A stretch of 64,000 nt of DNA from NCBI GenBank assembly GCA_024137785.1, contig JAHRHZ010000092.1, positions 10,857,693-10,921,692 of the forward strand, given 5' to 3'. A model generated the notes under the pieces. The model was not told the origin of the DNA, made no database searches, and was given only the letters and a program-made list of their open reading frames with translations. The position numbers and the translations under genes were made by a program. Origin of the DNA: Ginglymostoma cirratum (lineage: Eukaryota). This document shows positions 38,206 to 51,970 of the stretch, piece by piece; position 1 is the stretch's first letter; every line of letters begins with the position of its first letter.

Positions 38206-38564
38206 ACTTCCCTCTAGAAACCCATTATTACTTGGGACATTCTGCCTCACATACTAAAAATTTGTGGGTCAAGGATAAGCACGTTCAGTCACATGAAGAC
38301 TCAAAAGAAACTCATGGTTGGGTAAACATTATCCTCAGAGGGACAGCGAATGATGACTATGGAGGATTGCTATTGGCTGCAGATCATCTAGTTTGCCATT
38401 TGTGGAGTGCTGTAAGGAAACAGTGGATATCATTCTTATCTAATTAAGAAACATGACTGTCCTTCAAAATAAACCCATTAGCCATATCTTTGGAATATTC
38501 TGAAGGATGCTATACAAAAGGCATTTTCTTTCTACCACAGACTTCACGACGGTTCAGTACTTAC

Positions 38565-38696
38565 TGCTGACATCTACCAGTTCGACCTGTGCACTATATG
38601 GGACTAGTGGCTCCGGAAGCTCTGAGAAGAAGCTTTTCATTGCTCCGGCTATAGTATTCACTGCAAAATCCTTCTCCTGTAGGACAATGTTGTGGT
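38565..38696 (-). CDS. ARHGAP35: ARHGAP35 RhoGAP-domain exon (132 nt)
   Basis: gtttctgtttatag|AC...AGCA|gtaagt; translates [44 protein letters not shown](K); phase matches both neighbouring exons. Confidence 0.95.
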
Positions 38697-39331
38697 CTAT
38701 AAACAGAAACAACATATTACAATCAGAAATGAGAATGATACACTTAAACAATATAGCCCTAATACATTCAAATAAAGTCTTGTCCTCTTCAATCTGAATC
38801 AATATTTCAAGAACTGATGACCTTTTCATCTTCGATAAACATCGTCTAAGTGAGGTTTTCAAGTTGGGTTACACTGTGCATTTCAATTAGAAAGACTAAG
38901 GTACTCCTGTAGTTGAAACTTGCTCATTGTTGAGCAAACTGTCGAGCCGTGGAAATAATTGGGAAAGTACATTCAAGTACAGTATCAAAGAAAATGGTCA
39001 TTCAGAGACGAGCATTGGGCTCGTTTCTGCATCCTACTTCACCAAGTTCAGATAGCATGCCATCTATGAGGCTCAAATGTCTTTGTTAATGCATAGATAG
39101 CCACAAGGAATACATTTTCAAGAGCAAGCAGTATTCATGATTCCGTAAATTGCCAGAAGAGAGTGAAATGGGATGGGACTACAGGAAAAATGTAAGCACA
39201 GACTTAGAATCTGGCACATGAAAATCAACTTCCCTTACCCATCACAAGACACAAAATATACATCTGTGCTCCCCCCTCTTTGGAAACACACAGCAGCACC
39301 CGGACGATTCAAAGCAGTCAATTGTTTATCA

Positions 39332-39532
<201 letters not shown>

Positions 39533-39639
39533 TCAAAGACATCTGAGTGAACTCTGAAATCTGGCATAGCTGCAAAGATTTAAATAGAAACACTGAATAA
39601 TCACAGGGTTGAGGACAATTACTCAACTGAGTGTTTCTG

Positions 39640-40600
39640 CTTCTTTTCGCTGGTTCAGAAATTTTGCTGGTGGGGGCAAAAATGTGAAAAATGGAGCATA
39701 ATGGGTTGAGAAATCTTCATGTTCACTTTGGAAGGAAGAATAGAAACACAGAATATTACTTAAACGAAGAGAGACTGCTGAATGCTGTGGCACAGATGTA
39801 TCTGGGTGACCTTGTATACAAATCATGAAAGGTTGGTATGCAGATTAAGCAAGTGATTAGAAGAACAAATGCAATGTTAGCCTTGGTTTTAGGGTAAATG
39901 GCACATAAAAGTAGGGAAATCTTGTCACCAACATGCAGGGCATACGAGACAATAAGTGCAGAGAGTTTTGGACACAAGAGGAGATATGCTTACATTCAGT
40001 TTAGAGAAGGTCGATTTTAAGATGAAGAAGCTACCTTATGAGGACATGTTGACCAAATTGGGTCTATACTTATTGGAGTTTTGAAGAAAGCGAGGGGAGT
40101 CTGATGAAACAGAAAATTCTGAAGGAACATGACAGAGTGGATGTTGAGAGTATAGCTCCTCTTGTTAAAAAAAAATCTAAAATGAAGGGGCACTTTACAA
40201 GGAAGCACATGTTACCTCAGAGAATCAATCACTGCAATTCAAGAGCAGTGGAGGCTGGGTCATGGAATATACACATGGCCAAATTAGACAGATTTTGATG
40301 AACATAATGGTACCATTATCAAAAGATAAACCACTGAACTACAGCTCAGATAATCAAACATCTGTTGTAGGGAAACTACTGGAAAACTTCTGAGGGACAA
40401 ATTAATTTTCACTCAGAGAAGTAGGAATTTATTAACGATGGTCAACATGGCTCTGTACAGGGGAAGATCATGCCTAACAAATTTGACTGAATTTTCAGAG
40501 GTGACAGCCAGGTGTGTAGGTTAGAGCAGTTGATGTACTCTTCAGGGACTACAGTAAGACTTTAGACAAGGTCTTGCATGGCAGGCTAGTCAAGAATTAC
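39640..40600 (+). mobile_element. Decayed CR1 fragments
   Basis: CR1 ORF2-like remnants (gcagattaagcaagtgattagaagaacaaatgcaatgttagcc; tttagacaaggtcttgcatggcaggct). Confidence 0.65.
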
Positions 40601-41189
40601 CGTGGATCCCATCTGATGTCCAGAGGGGTGGGGGTGGGGGGTTGAATTAATCTTAAGCCTAAATTAACAGCCTGCAACAAAGGACCCTTAGAAGAAGAAT
40701 TCAAAAAACCTCAAATACTTGATAGCTATATTAGCCATTAGAGAAACTGCAACAGCTGAAACCACATTGTCGACTGAAAATGTGGGTGTCTATTCAAGTC
40801 TTAATTTAGTGCACACGGAAGAGACACAAAGATTAGTGCTGGGCAAATATAATGCATTTCCACTCTAATTACATTTTAGATTTCCTGTGAAACCCCATGC
40901 ACAGAAAATTATGACGCATCTCCCAGTGCTCCCAGACCAAGTTCAGGGCAGCTTTAAAACAAGACAGCAATTGTTTCTACTAGTGGTACTCTTAAGAATC
41001 CATAGGAAATAGGTGCAATAAGTTTCCACTTCTTCTGTTGCTTCCACATAGCTAGGTTTCTATTCACAACATGTCCAGCTCTAAGACAATGACAGATTAC
41101 TATTCAACACTGCTCAACCTTTCTAAAGGAGAAAGCACGATAACTATCATACCCAGATACAGTCTTAATAGTAATTCAGATGTTAAGGC

Positions 41190-42310
41190 TAACGAACAAA
41201 GAACAATACAGCAGAGGTACAGGCCTTTGGCCCTCCAAACCTGCAACAACACATTTTGCCCTTCCACACTAAAATGGTCTTCGCTTACTGGATCCATATC
41301 CTTCTATTTCATTCCTATTTACGTATTCGTCCAGGTGCTTCTTGAATGCTGCTATTGTGTCTGCTTCCACAACCTTGTCTGGCAGCACATTCCAGGCACT
41401 CACCACCCTTGTGAAAAATGTGGCTCCCCTCCCTCCTTGCACCTTGAACCTGTGTCACCTAGTAACTGACCCCTTCACCCTGGGGATAAAGCCTCATACT
41501 TCCCACTTTATCCATGCCATTTACAATCTTACAAACTTCTATCAGATCGCTATATAACCTCCTGCGTCTATCTAACCTTTCTTCAGAGCTAAAATCCTCC
41601 TTACCAGACAACATCCTAGTAAAGCTTTTTTGTACTCCCACCAAAGCTTCCATAACGTTCTGGTAGGTGTGCTGACTAGAACCATACACAATGTTCCAAA
41701 CATGGCCTAACTAAAGTTTTATAAAACTGCAGCATAACATGTCTATCCTGAGACTCAAAGCCCCTTTGGATAAAGGCAAGCATGCCATAAGCCTTTTTAT
41801 ACTAACTTATCTACCTGTGCTGTCACCTTCAGTGATCTGTGGACCTGCACACTCAGCTCCCTCTGCATATCAATACTCCCAAGGGTTCTGCCATTCACTG
41901 TATAATTTCCATCTGCACTTGACCTTCCAAAATGCTTTACCTTACATTTGTCTGGATTAAACTCTATTTGTCATTTTTCTGCCCATGCCTCCAACTAATC
42001 TATATTCTGCTGTACCCTCTGACAATCCTCCTCAGTATCCACATCACCAATTGTTGTATCATTTGCAAACTTACAAATTAGACCAGCCACGCTTTCCTCC
42101 AAGTCATTTATGTTGACCATGAACAGCAGAGCTCCCAGTACTGATCCCTGTGGAACACCACTAGTCACAGCCCTTCATCCTGAAAAGCATTCTTCCATCA
42201 CTACCCTGTTTCTGACTAAGCCAGCTCTGTATCCATCTTGCCAGCTCACCCCTGATACCACGTAACTTCACCTTTTGTACCAGTCTGCCATGAGGTCCTT
42301 GTCAGGATCC
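41190..42310 (-). mobile_element. Decayed CR1 LINE 3' part
   Basis: EALVGVQKSFTRML...EERLDR...DLIEVCKIVNGMDKV and a VPQGSVL-encoding segment; (gaacaaa)n tail. Confidence 0.85.
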
Positions 42311-42399
42311 ATGCCTCTGGAATCCCATCCATGTGGTAGTGGGATTGAATGAGATGCAAACTCATATGTAGAATCATTAACACAAAGCAATTTTTAAAA

Positions 42400-43570
42400 A
42401 CGTTAAAACCAAAACAGCTACAGATACTGCGAATCAAAAACAAATCGCTGGAAAAGCTCAGGTGGTCTGGTAGCATCTGTAGAGAGAAAGCAGAGTTAAC
42501 GTTTCAGGTTGAGTAGCCTTCCTCAGAATTGCTTTCTTAGAAGCCTGCAAAGTGGAAATTCTGAAAGTGACAAAGTAAAGGAATCACAGATGTAAGTGGG
42601 CATGGACTGGACCAGGGGCGAGAAGACCCAGTGACAATAGGAAGAGACGGGTTCTGTGGGACAGGGGCAGGCAGAAATAATGTGTCTGCGCGTGTGCGTG
42701 TATATATAAAAGGTGACAGCACCAGATGAAATGAGGTTGGTCACCATGGTTGACACAATGGACTGAAGTTCCATAGTGCATGTTTTAGTGGGAGTAGGAG
42801 GAGGTATCTGACAGCTGGGGCTCATCCTCTGCAAAGTTGAGGTCAGTCTGCCAGACAACAACAGCACCACCCTTATCAACAGGCTTAGCTACAAAATCAG
42901 GGTTAGATCTGAGAGCATGAAGTGCAGTTGGTTCCTGGTAGAATAGGTTGAATGGGTTGGAATGGATAAGGGGCAGAGAACCAATGTCACATTAACTGCT
43001 CTCAATGATCAGATAAGTTGCAAGTAAAAGGCCAAAGGGAAGGGTCCAGCAAGCAGGAAAAAGTGTTGGAGGTGGGCAAAGCGGTCTGCGGGGAGGAGAC
43101 TCTTATCTGAAGAAATGGGCATGGAGATGAAGGTGACAGAAGAAGAGTTCAATGTCATGTTGTGTCTGAAATTTATTAAGGTGGGGATGCATGGGGATAA
43201 AATAGAGATCTTTTTGTACAGAACATTCAACATCAGAGCGCGATGGTCAGGCGTATTGATGAATACATGGCGGGAAATAAGGCTGGGTTGAGTGGATAGA
43301 GTCAGAGGGAAGAGATGGGGAGGAAAGTTCCTGAGGTTAGTGGGTATCTCTAAGTTGTTGCATCTTGTGTGCCTTGATGCCCGAGAGGGAATGGAAAAAA
43401 GTTTCTTGTTAACATATCAAATGAGCTGGAGGATGAAGTGGAACTGGGGAGAGCATAATGCAATGCTTTTGGAGAGGGAGGTTGAGAGTCTGCATGTGAT
43501 GGTGCATGGCACTGGGTTTTACTAAAAAAACTTCTGCAATTACTGCTGTGACAAGGCATGCATTAGGCTG
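42400..43570 (-). mobile_element. Decayed PLE fragment with terminal segment
   Basis: Terminal motif ggaaaagctcaggtggtctggtagcatctg...gttaacgtttc, followed by RT-proximal remnants (IISACPCPTE). Confidence 0.65.
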
Positions 43571-44544
43571 GTCTTCATTATTTTGGAAATCAGGTCAGAT
43601 TTCGGTTCATCCGAGTCCACTCGCCAAGTGCAATTCCTAGCTCCGATAATCTTACAACTTTGTGTCATCCCGATCTGTTATTTCTAACAATTCACACACC
43701 TGAGGTGGAGTTACATGCAAAGGCCAAGAATAATAGTGTTCCTTTCAGAAGAACCGCACCAAATAGCATCCTCAAGAATATACTTCATAAAACAAAAGCA
43801 ATTTGTATTTCTTCAGAACAAATAATTTCACTTGGTGGCTTTTTGAGAAGTAAATTAAAATGTAGTAGTTTAAGATTGTTGTGCTGTCATCCAGAGAACA
43901 AGTCTGCAGTAAATTTAGAAGTAAATGCACCTTTTAGCTCTTTGTGTTTTAAATCATGCTCTTTGAAACTGAACTCTTAGCAATACAGAGCAGCACTGGC
44001 AATTTACAAATAAGTAATGAAAGAGCACTGAAAAATAGAAAAATCCAGGATGCAAACTTAGGACTGCAAACATGGGACTCTTATATGCAGTGCTGGAAGT
44101 GCCAAAAGGTGACTGGGTGACCAGAGATGTGTGCACTCACTACGACACCTTCACTTTACCTTTCCAACAAAGTCTTCTGGTGTGTATAATGCGTTCCCTG
44201 GTAACCCTATTTTGGCCTAACTCAAGGTGGAAAACAGAAGAGGCTCAACAATTCACCTCACTGACCCTACAAAAATAACGGGAAAGTCAGCTCTAACTCC
44301 TTTTCCTAATCATTTTTCAGAGTGCTTTTGGAATTCGGTAGATTTTGTAGAAGTGGGTCAATTTTTCCTATGTTCAAATAACCTGCAGGGCTCACAGCAC
44401 AAGTGACCACCAAGCTATGATATTAATAGGCTACTGACATAATTTAACCTCATAAATCATTACCTTTAGGAGAGAAGTGCAGATAATTAGAGGATCAATT
44501 TCTTCCAATAAGCACATACCAAAAATATTTAAAGCCTTAGGGAC

Positions 44545-45422
44545 ATAGAACATAGAACATAACAGCGCAGTACAGGCCCTTCGGCCCTCGAAGTTGCGCC
44601 GACCTGTGAAATCAATCTGAAGCCCATCAAACCTACACTATTCCCTTATTATCCATGTTTATCCAATGACCATTTAAATGCCCTTAAAGTTGGTGAGTCT
44701 ACAACTGCTGCAGGCAAGGCATTCCACGCCTTTACTACTCTCTGAGTAAAGAACCTACCTCTGACATCTGTCCTATATCTACCATCCCTCAATTTAAAGC
44801 TATGTCCCCTCGTGCTAGCCGTCACCATCCGAGGAAAAAGGATCTCACTGTCCACCCTATCCAATCCTCTGATCATCTTGTATGTCTCTATTAAGTCACC
44901 TCTTAACCTTCTTCTAACGAAACCAGCCTCAAGTCCCTCAGCCTTTCCTCATAAGACCTTCCCTCCATACCAGGCAACATCCTGGTACATCTCCTCTGCA
45001 CCCTTTCCAAGGCTTCCACATCCTTCTTATAATGCAGTGACCAGAACTGCACGCAATACTCCAAGTGCGGCCGCACCAGAGTTTTGTACAGCTGCAACGT
45101 GACCTCACGGCTCCGAAACTCAATCCCTCTATCAATAAAACCTAACACACCGTATGCCTTCCTAACAACCCTATCAACCTGGGTGGCAGCTTTCAGGGAT
45201 CTATGCACATGGACACCGAGATCTCTCTGCTCGTCCACAGCACCAAGAATCTTACCATTAGCCCTGTACTCTGTATTCCTGTTACTCCTTCCAAACTGAA
45301 TCACCTCACACTTTTCCGCATTAAGCTCCATTTGCCACCTCTCAGCCCAGCTCTGCTGCTCATCTATGTCCCTCTGTAACCTGCAACATCCTTCCGCACT
45401 ATCCACAACTCCACTGACTTTA
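44545..45422 (-). mobile_element. Relatively young 5'-truncated CR1 LINE
   Basis: WAERWQMELNAEKCEV...LYKTLVRPHLEYCVQFWS...FFTQRVVKAWNALP; (catagaa)n tail. Confidence 0.93.
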
Positions 45423-47274
45423 CCTGAACTACACAGAGACTAGGAGAATTCAACTTAAACAAAGCTGCAACACAACATAAGGCTTTACACCAGGCAGGTC
45501 ATAAATAGAGAAATGCTTGAGCCATGAAGATACAGTTACAGCCCCCGAATGCTGTCCAAACCAGCTATTACAATCTTCCTAATGATGCAAATGAACAAAC
45601 TTCTTGGGCTCGTTTCTTTTAGTGCAGCTGCCAAGTTGTGCAGTTGGTCTGCAGGGGCTGTCACATAAACACTCTCAGTGGGGCAGCATCACATGACACA
45701 AGGAAACTGGACCTTGCTCCTTCCAGACTCTACCCCTCACCCCTTCCAACCCTAATTATCTCCAAATTATGTTCCCAGGATACTTCATCAAAATCAGCTT
45801 GCAGCAGGATTAAAATAAGAAATCCAACTGTATGACAGATTTGCTTTTCTGTTTAGATTGCAACAGAACCAGAAATGTTTGTGACCCACATCTCCCACTT
45901 TGCATAAGTGAAAACATACTTTTTACTTGGCTTCAGGCCACAACAGGAAGAGATGGGAAAAAAAAAAGACTCAACCACAATTTGGCCGGTTGGATTTTAC
46001 ATAACAAAGTACAAGCCTGTATAATACAAACCTCAAGATATTTCAAATTTTAATAAGAATATATCTGTGCAGCATATACAATTTACTAAAACCATCATGT
46101 AACTAAGATACTGGTGATTCAGAAACAAAAAAACTGAAACAGAAAGGCATTTTCTCAATGTTTTTATTCCCCAAGATACTCTGGGAATTCTTACTGAAGA
46201 TTTCTCACTAGCTTTCCGGCCACCGAGAAAGAGAAACTATTTTTTGTTTTTAATATCACATTCTGAACAAACCAAAGCACCTTTTCTACACTTCTGTGCT
46301 TGAGCTTAGCATTCAGGTTTCCATTTTCACCCTAAAACTGTCCCAATCAAAGCCACAAATTGATTCCTGTTACACAATACCATCCTCAAGTGTCCTTTCT
46401 CCTTTCTTCCAGCTCAAAAGGAATTGTCTTCACTTACGTCCGTTATTAACTATGCAATTGTATCTAGAGAATATCCTCAGTAATAATTCTGCTCCTACCC
46501 TTGCAGCTTTACTTTCAGAAATGAAGGATCTACCAAGACTCATCTTCCTTATCTACACTGAAAATTTGAAGACAAGGATCAGCTTTGACACTATGCTGTG
46601 AACACAGAGCAGCTGCACGTATTGCTACTTATAGTGGAGCTAAAGACAGTGGAGCGAAGGTGTGAGGAAGGACGAGGGCAAATGCAAGAGATAGCAGATG
46701 GGAACTAAAATTAGAAATGGTTATGGATGTAGAGTGCATTTCAACACCTGAAGGCTTTATTTGTAGGAACAAGCATTGTAAATTCAAAGTCAGTATGGCT
46801 CAAATTGAGTTTTGTGTGTTTCTGCATGCAGGAGGCAGAAATAGAGATGACTTTGTATACAACAGGGTATTATTCATAAATATCACGAACAGGATGGTTT
46901 TAAAGTCAAGTCTGAGGTGATATCGATAACAGGTCCAGTCACAGAAAGAGTAGGTAATGTCCCTGTGGTGATGGAGAAAATATGAAATTTGAAGCTTTAC
47001 TCTGTATCAAGCAGAACATTCAGCCTAGTGTTGTCACACAAGCAGCTAATGATGGAGTCAGTGGTAGGACTGGACAGATTTCTGGCTGGGGTGAAAGACA
47101 ATGGCCTTGGTCTTTCCAAAGGAAATTCTGACTCATTCAAAATACAGCAGCCTGTAAGAGAAGAAATCCTGGTGGCATGAAGTGCAATCAAAAGCCAGAT
47201 TCAGTTCTCACCAGCATACAAATGAAAACTAACCGCATGCCTGCATGTTTTATCACGAGGGGCAAAGTGTAGAA

Positions 47275-47490
47275 AGTCACACTCGTCCCACAGGACCATA
47301 AAGCTGCTCTCTCATTAGAGAAAGAAGACTGGTGGTGAGTTGAAACCAGGGGTCACCATAGCTCAGGAAAGGCCGAGAAGGCAGGACTTTCAATGGTAAC
47401 CTCAGCTGGTGTGGGAACCGAACTAATACAACTGGCATCACTCCGACATCATCACAAATCAATCATCTAGTCAACTAAGCTAATAGACAC
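47275..47490 (-). mobile_element. tRNA-derived SINE, family B, within a decayed L2-like region (~46640-47600)
   Basis: Reverse-complement similarity to 38010-38205. Confidence 0.55.
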
Positions 47491-47859
47491 CCAATAAGAA
47501 CAGGAGGTGGTAAAAGATGGATGTTTGGGGAATTTCAGACACAATCATATGGAGAAGTAGCCGTTGAAGTTACTGGGAAAGGCTGGAGCATAAGTACAAG
47601 AAAAAGGAGCTGGCTATATCAAACTCCAAAAAAAAAAAAGCAAGAATAGCAATTCGGTTACGGAAAATATTATTGGGGTATCTTGTATTCCTTAACAGGT
47701 GTTTGGATAATCATCTGAATGGAGTCTTCCAAAATTAGGAATCCCAGACAGCGTAGAAATATGAATTGAGGTTGAAGAATTGATATAGTAATCACACCAT
47801 TAACAGCTGCCCCATCCAATATCCAATGAACGTCACTCAAGCACAACGCAATGCCCATC

Positions 47860-50170
47860 TATGCTCTCAAGACCAAATCACAACATTGTCATCAAACCAG
47901 CAGACAAAAGGAATGCCATTGTCATACAGAACAGAACAGACTACTGCAAAACAAGTATACCGACAACCGAACAACTAGGAACACTAGACAACTACCTGCC
48001 GATCTGACCGAATAACACACCAATCAACTCAACAGACTGATCTAGACTTTTGATCCAGACCAGAGTATCCTATGCACTCTCATCCCACATACTTCTCGCA
48101 TAGAAGACTTCTTCTGCTTTCTGAAGAAACACAAAGCCAGTACACCTGGACATACCATTGTATCAGACAATGGGACCCTGTGTGAGAAGTTCTCTGGCTA
48201 TGTCGAGGTCATCTTGAAACCCATTGTACAAGGAACCTCAAGCTTCTGTCGCGACACTACAGATTTCTTACTAAAATGCAACACCCACGGACCAGTCAAA
48301 CTAGATACGCTCCTCATCACAACGGACGTTTCAGCACTCTACACCAGCACCCCCATGACTACAGCATTGCTGCAACAGCCTAAGTACTCAATACCAACAA
48401 CTGCCAATTTCCAGACACCATCTCACAACTCATCTGCTTCATCCTCTTTCACAATGTCTTCACCTTTGACAACGAGTTCTTCATCCAGACACACAGAACA
48501 GCCATACGGACCAAATTCACACCTCAATATGCCAACATTTTCATGCACAAGTTCGAACAAGACTTCTTTGCTGCACAGGATGTCCGACCAACGCTATGCA
48601 CCAGCTAGTTTGACAACATTCTCTTCCTTTGGACTCATGGTGAGGAATCACAAACAACTACCTAATGATATCAACAAATTTCATCCCACCATCAGTCTTA
48701 CCAAGGACTACTCTTCAGAATCAATCTCATTCTTGGACACACGCATTTCCAAGGACAGACACCTCAGTACTTCACTCTACTGCAAGCTCACAGATAACCG
48801 CATAATGCTGCACTTCTCTCGCTTCCACTCTAAACATATTAGAGAAGCCACCCCCTACGGACAAGCCCTGTGCATACACACGATCTGCTCAAAGAAGAGG
48901 AACGCGATGGATGCCTACAGTTTTTGAAGGACGCCCTCCTAAGAATGGGATACGATGGTTGAATCATTGATTGCTAGTTCCGACATGCCACAGCGAAAAA
49001 CCACAACGACCTTCTCAGAAGACAGACCAATAGAGTATCCATTGTCGTCCAGTACTTCCCCAGAGCAGAGAAACTACGCCATGTTCTTCGCAGCCCTCAA
49101 CATGTCATCAATGGCAATGAGCATCTTGCCAAGATCTTCCCTGTGCCTCCACTTCTCACTTTCAAACAGCTGCCAAACCTTAAAAAAGACCACTGTTTGC
49201 AGCAAACTACCCAGCCTTTAGGACAACATTGACCACAACACCGTGGCAACCTCTGCAAGACATGTCGGATCATCAACATGGATACCATTACACGTGGGAA
49301 CACTACCCAGCATATACATGGCAGATAGTCATGTGACTCAGCCAATGCTGTCCCTCTCATACGCTGCAGGCAAGGATGCCCCAAGGCATGGTATATTGGG
49401 GAGATCGTGCAGATGCTACAACACAGTTGAATGGACATTGCGCAACAATCGCCAGACAGAAATTCTCCCTCCAAGTTGGGAAGGACTTTAGCGGTCAAGG
49501 GCATTCAGCCTCCAATCTTTGGGTGAGCATCCTCCAAGGCAGACTTTGAGATGCACAGAATCACTGAGCAGAGACAGATAGCCAAGTCCCGTACTCAAGA
49601 TGGCCTCAGCCGTGATCTTGGGTTGATGTCGTCCTACATGTGACCCCACCACATTGTTCTGTATCTGCAAAATCTTCCGTACTGACCTGTTTTGACACCA
49701 TTACCTTGATAAATTGTTATGACCTCTCTACCTTAATTAATTTGTACAGTTTTGGATTACTTATTACTTTGGTTAGACCCTCAGCATGCCACTCTTGTAC
49801 CTATTTAGTTTGTCTCTAACACCACCCTTTTTTAAAAAATTTTCTATAATAATCTCTCTGCCTCATTTAATTGGCTTACAGGTCATCCCTTCACTGGTTA
49901 TTGAGCTGTTGGCACTTTATTCACCGTCTAACACTCTGGTCACCTGCAGAGACTTATTATCTGACATTCCACTCATACCAGTTCTATGATCTTTTGATCT
50001 CTGCCCTTGATGTCTCTGCCGATAAACTCCCCATTTGTGTGCTCTTCTCTCTCACTGCATCCAACTAAGGGAGATGTGCTCCGAAAGCTTGTGATTTCAA
50101 ATAAACATGTTGGACTATTGTATGATGTCTGATTTTGTCCACTCCAGTCCAACACCGGCACCTCCACATC
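47860..50170 (+). mobile_element. Penelope-like element, RT plus GIY-YIG remnants, frameshifted
   Basis: VIKPADK, LKPIVQGTSSFCRDTTDFL...DVSALYTS, INKFHPTI...FLD; 3' end ctccgaaagcttgtgatttcaaataaacatgttggac. Confidence 0.9.
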
Positions 50171-50651
50171 TATATCCTTATGGTTACCTGCATAGATTAA
50201 TTGCTTAATAAGGGTCATCTCTTACATCTAATTAACACATTGAAATCATTGAAAATGGGGCAAAAATAAATAGGCATCAGTGAATGATCACTATCCAACA
50301 GAAAATATTAACTTTGGACCCACTTCAACACACCTCCCTGTTCCCTGGCCAACATCTCTGTCTGAGGCTTGCCACAGTGCTCCAGCAAAGCTCAGTGCAG
50401 GCTGGAATAACAGCACCTCATTTTCTGCTTGGTTCCCCAGCAACCTTCTAGACTCAATATTGAGTTCAATAACTTTAGGATTTGAGCTCTCCCAAGTCTT
50501 TACCAGAGCCACCTCAAACCAGGCCTTGTTATCACAGTCTGCTGTTACACACAAGCCAGGTGTTAGCCACTAACAGTCCCCATTACTAGCTATTCACCCT
50601 CCTAGCCAGATCGTTATCCACTCCTTTGCCTGTCCAACTGTTCTTCCCTCT

Positions 50652-51970
50652 AAGGTTTTTGAGTAGATTTGTAGCTCGGGTTGTGGCTGGTTTGCTCACC
50701 AAGCTGGTTCGTTGTTCCGCAGACGTTTCATTACCCTGCTGGGTAACATCAGTGCAGTGTCCAACGAAGTGCTGTTGTGTTTTCCCACCTGGTATTTAGA
50801 CACTGGTGTCCGTTAAGCTGTTACCTCACTTCCCGTTTTCCTTCGCAGTGGAGTGTATATGGGGTCGAGCTCTATGTGTTTGTTGATAGCCTTCTTAGTG
50901 GAGTACCAAGCCTTAGGAATTCCTGAGCTTGTCTCTACTTGGCCTGTCTCAGGATCCTGGTGTTGTCCCAATCAAACTGGTGGTTTTTCTTATCCATGTG
51001 GATGGAGGTGAGTGAGTATTGGTCGTGTCTTTTTGTTGCTGGTTGATGTTCATGTACACTTGTGGCTAATTTTCTTCCCGTCTGTCCAATGTAATGGTTG
51101 CAGCAGTCTTTGCAGGGAATCTTGTACATGACGCTGATCCTGTCCATAGTGGATAACAGGTCTTTGGTTCGGGTTAGCAGTTGGTGTAGGGTTGATGTGG
51201 GTTTGTGTGTTACTATGATGCCCAATGGTCGTAGGAGTTTTGTGGTCAGTTCCGATATGTTCTTGATATAAGGTAGTGTGATGCGCGTGTTGGGGCGTGC
51301 AGTATATTCCTGTTGTCGTTCGCGCAATAGGCATCTTCTGACCCAGCTGTTCAGGTATCCGTTGTCCTTGAATACTTGGAGGAGGTACTCTTCTTCTTTT
51401 TGGCACAGTTCTGTGTTGCTGCAGTATGTTGTTGCCCGTTTAAGTAGTCGGACGAAAACACTTTGTTTGTGGGTGTTAGGATGGTTGCTGTTAAAATTCA
51501 GTACTTGGTCAGTGTGTGTGGCTTCCCTGTGTACCTTTGTTAGGAATTCCCCACTGGTCCACCATGACGTCCAGGAATGGGAGCTGTTTGTTCTTTTCCT
51601 CTTCCTTGGTGAATTTGATCCCGGTAAGAGAACGTTGTTTATTAGTTGGTGTGTTTCCTCTAGTTTGGTCCGTTTAATAATGACAAAGGTGTCGTCCATG
51701 TATCACATCTGTAATTTTGGTTGGATTAGCAGAAGAGTCATGCTTTTGAGTCTCTGCATCACCGCTTCAGCTATTAGTCCGGAGATAGGTAATCCCATGG
51801 GTGTCCTGTTGATCTGTTCATATATTTGGCCGTTAAAGGTAAAGTTGGTCATGAGGCATAGGTCCAGTAACTTCAGCAAGTTGTCCGTTGAGATGGTGTC
51901 ACTCGGGTCTTGTTCTTGGTTTAGGAATGTTGCCAGTGTTTCTCTTGCTAGTAGTATGTCTATCGATGTG
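50652..51970 (-). mobile_element. Penelope-like element of a second clade, RT C-half plus GIY-YIG
   Basis: PMGLPISG, DDTFVIIKR, THTDQVLNFNSNHP, ITLPYIKNISE, YKIPCKDCCNHYIGQTGRKL. Confidence 0.92.
50719..50755 (-). ncRNA. Degenerate hammerhead-like motif in a PLE 3' end
   Basis: GCA-CUGAUG-UUACCC(AGCA)GGGUAA-U-GAAA-C-GUC-UGC: stems I and II pair and a GUC site is present, but A9 is missing. Confidence 0.6.

Noticed and set aside
48214-48927. Intact or domesticated RT gene
   Set aside because: The ORF shifts out of the RT frame midway, and the element has multiple frameshifts.
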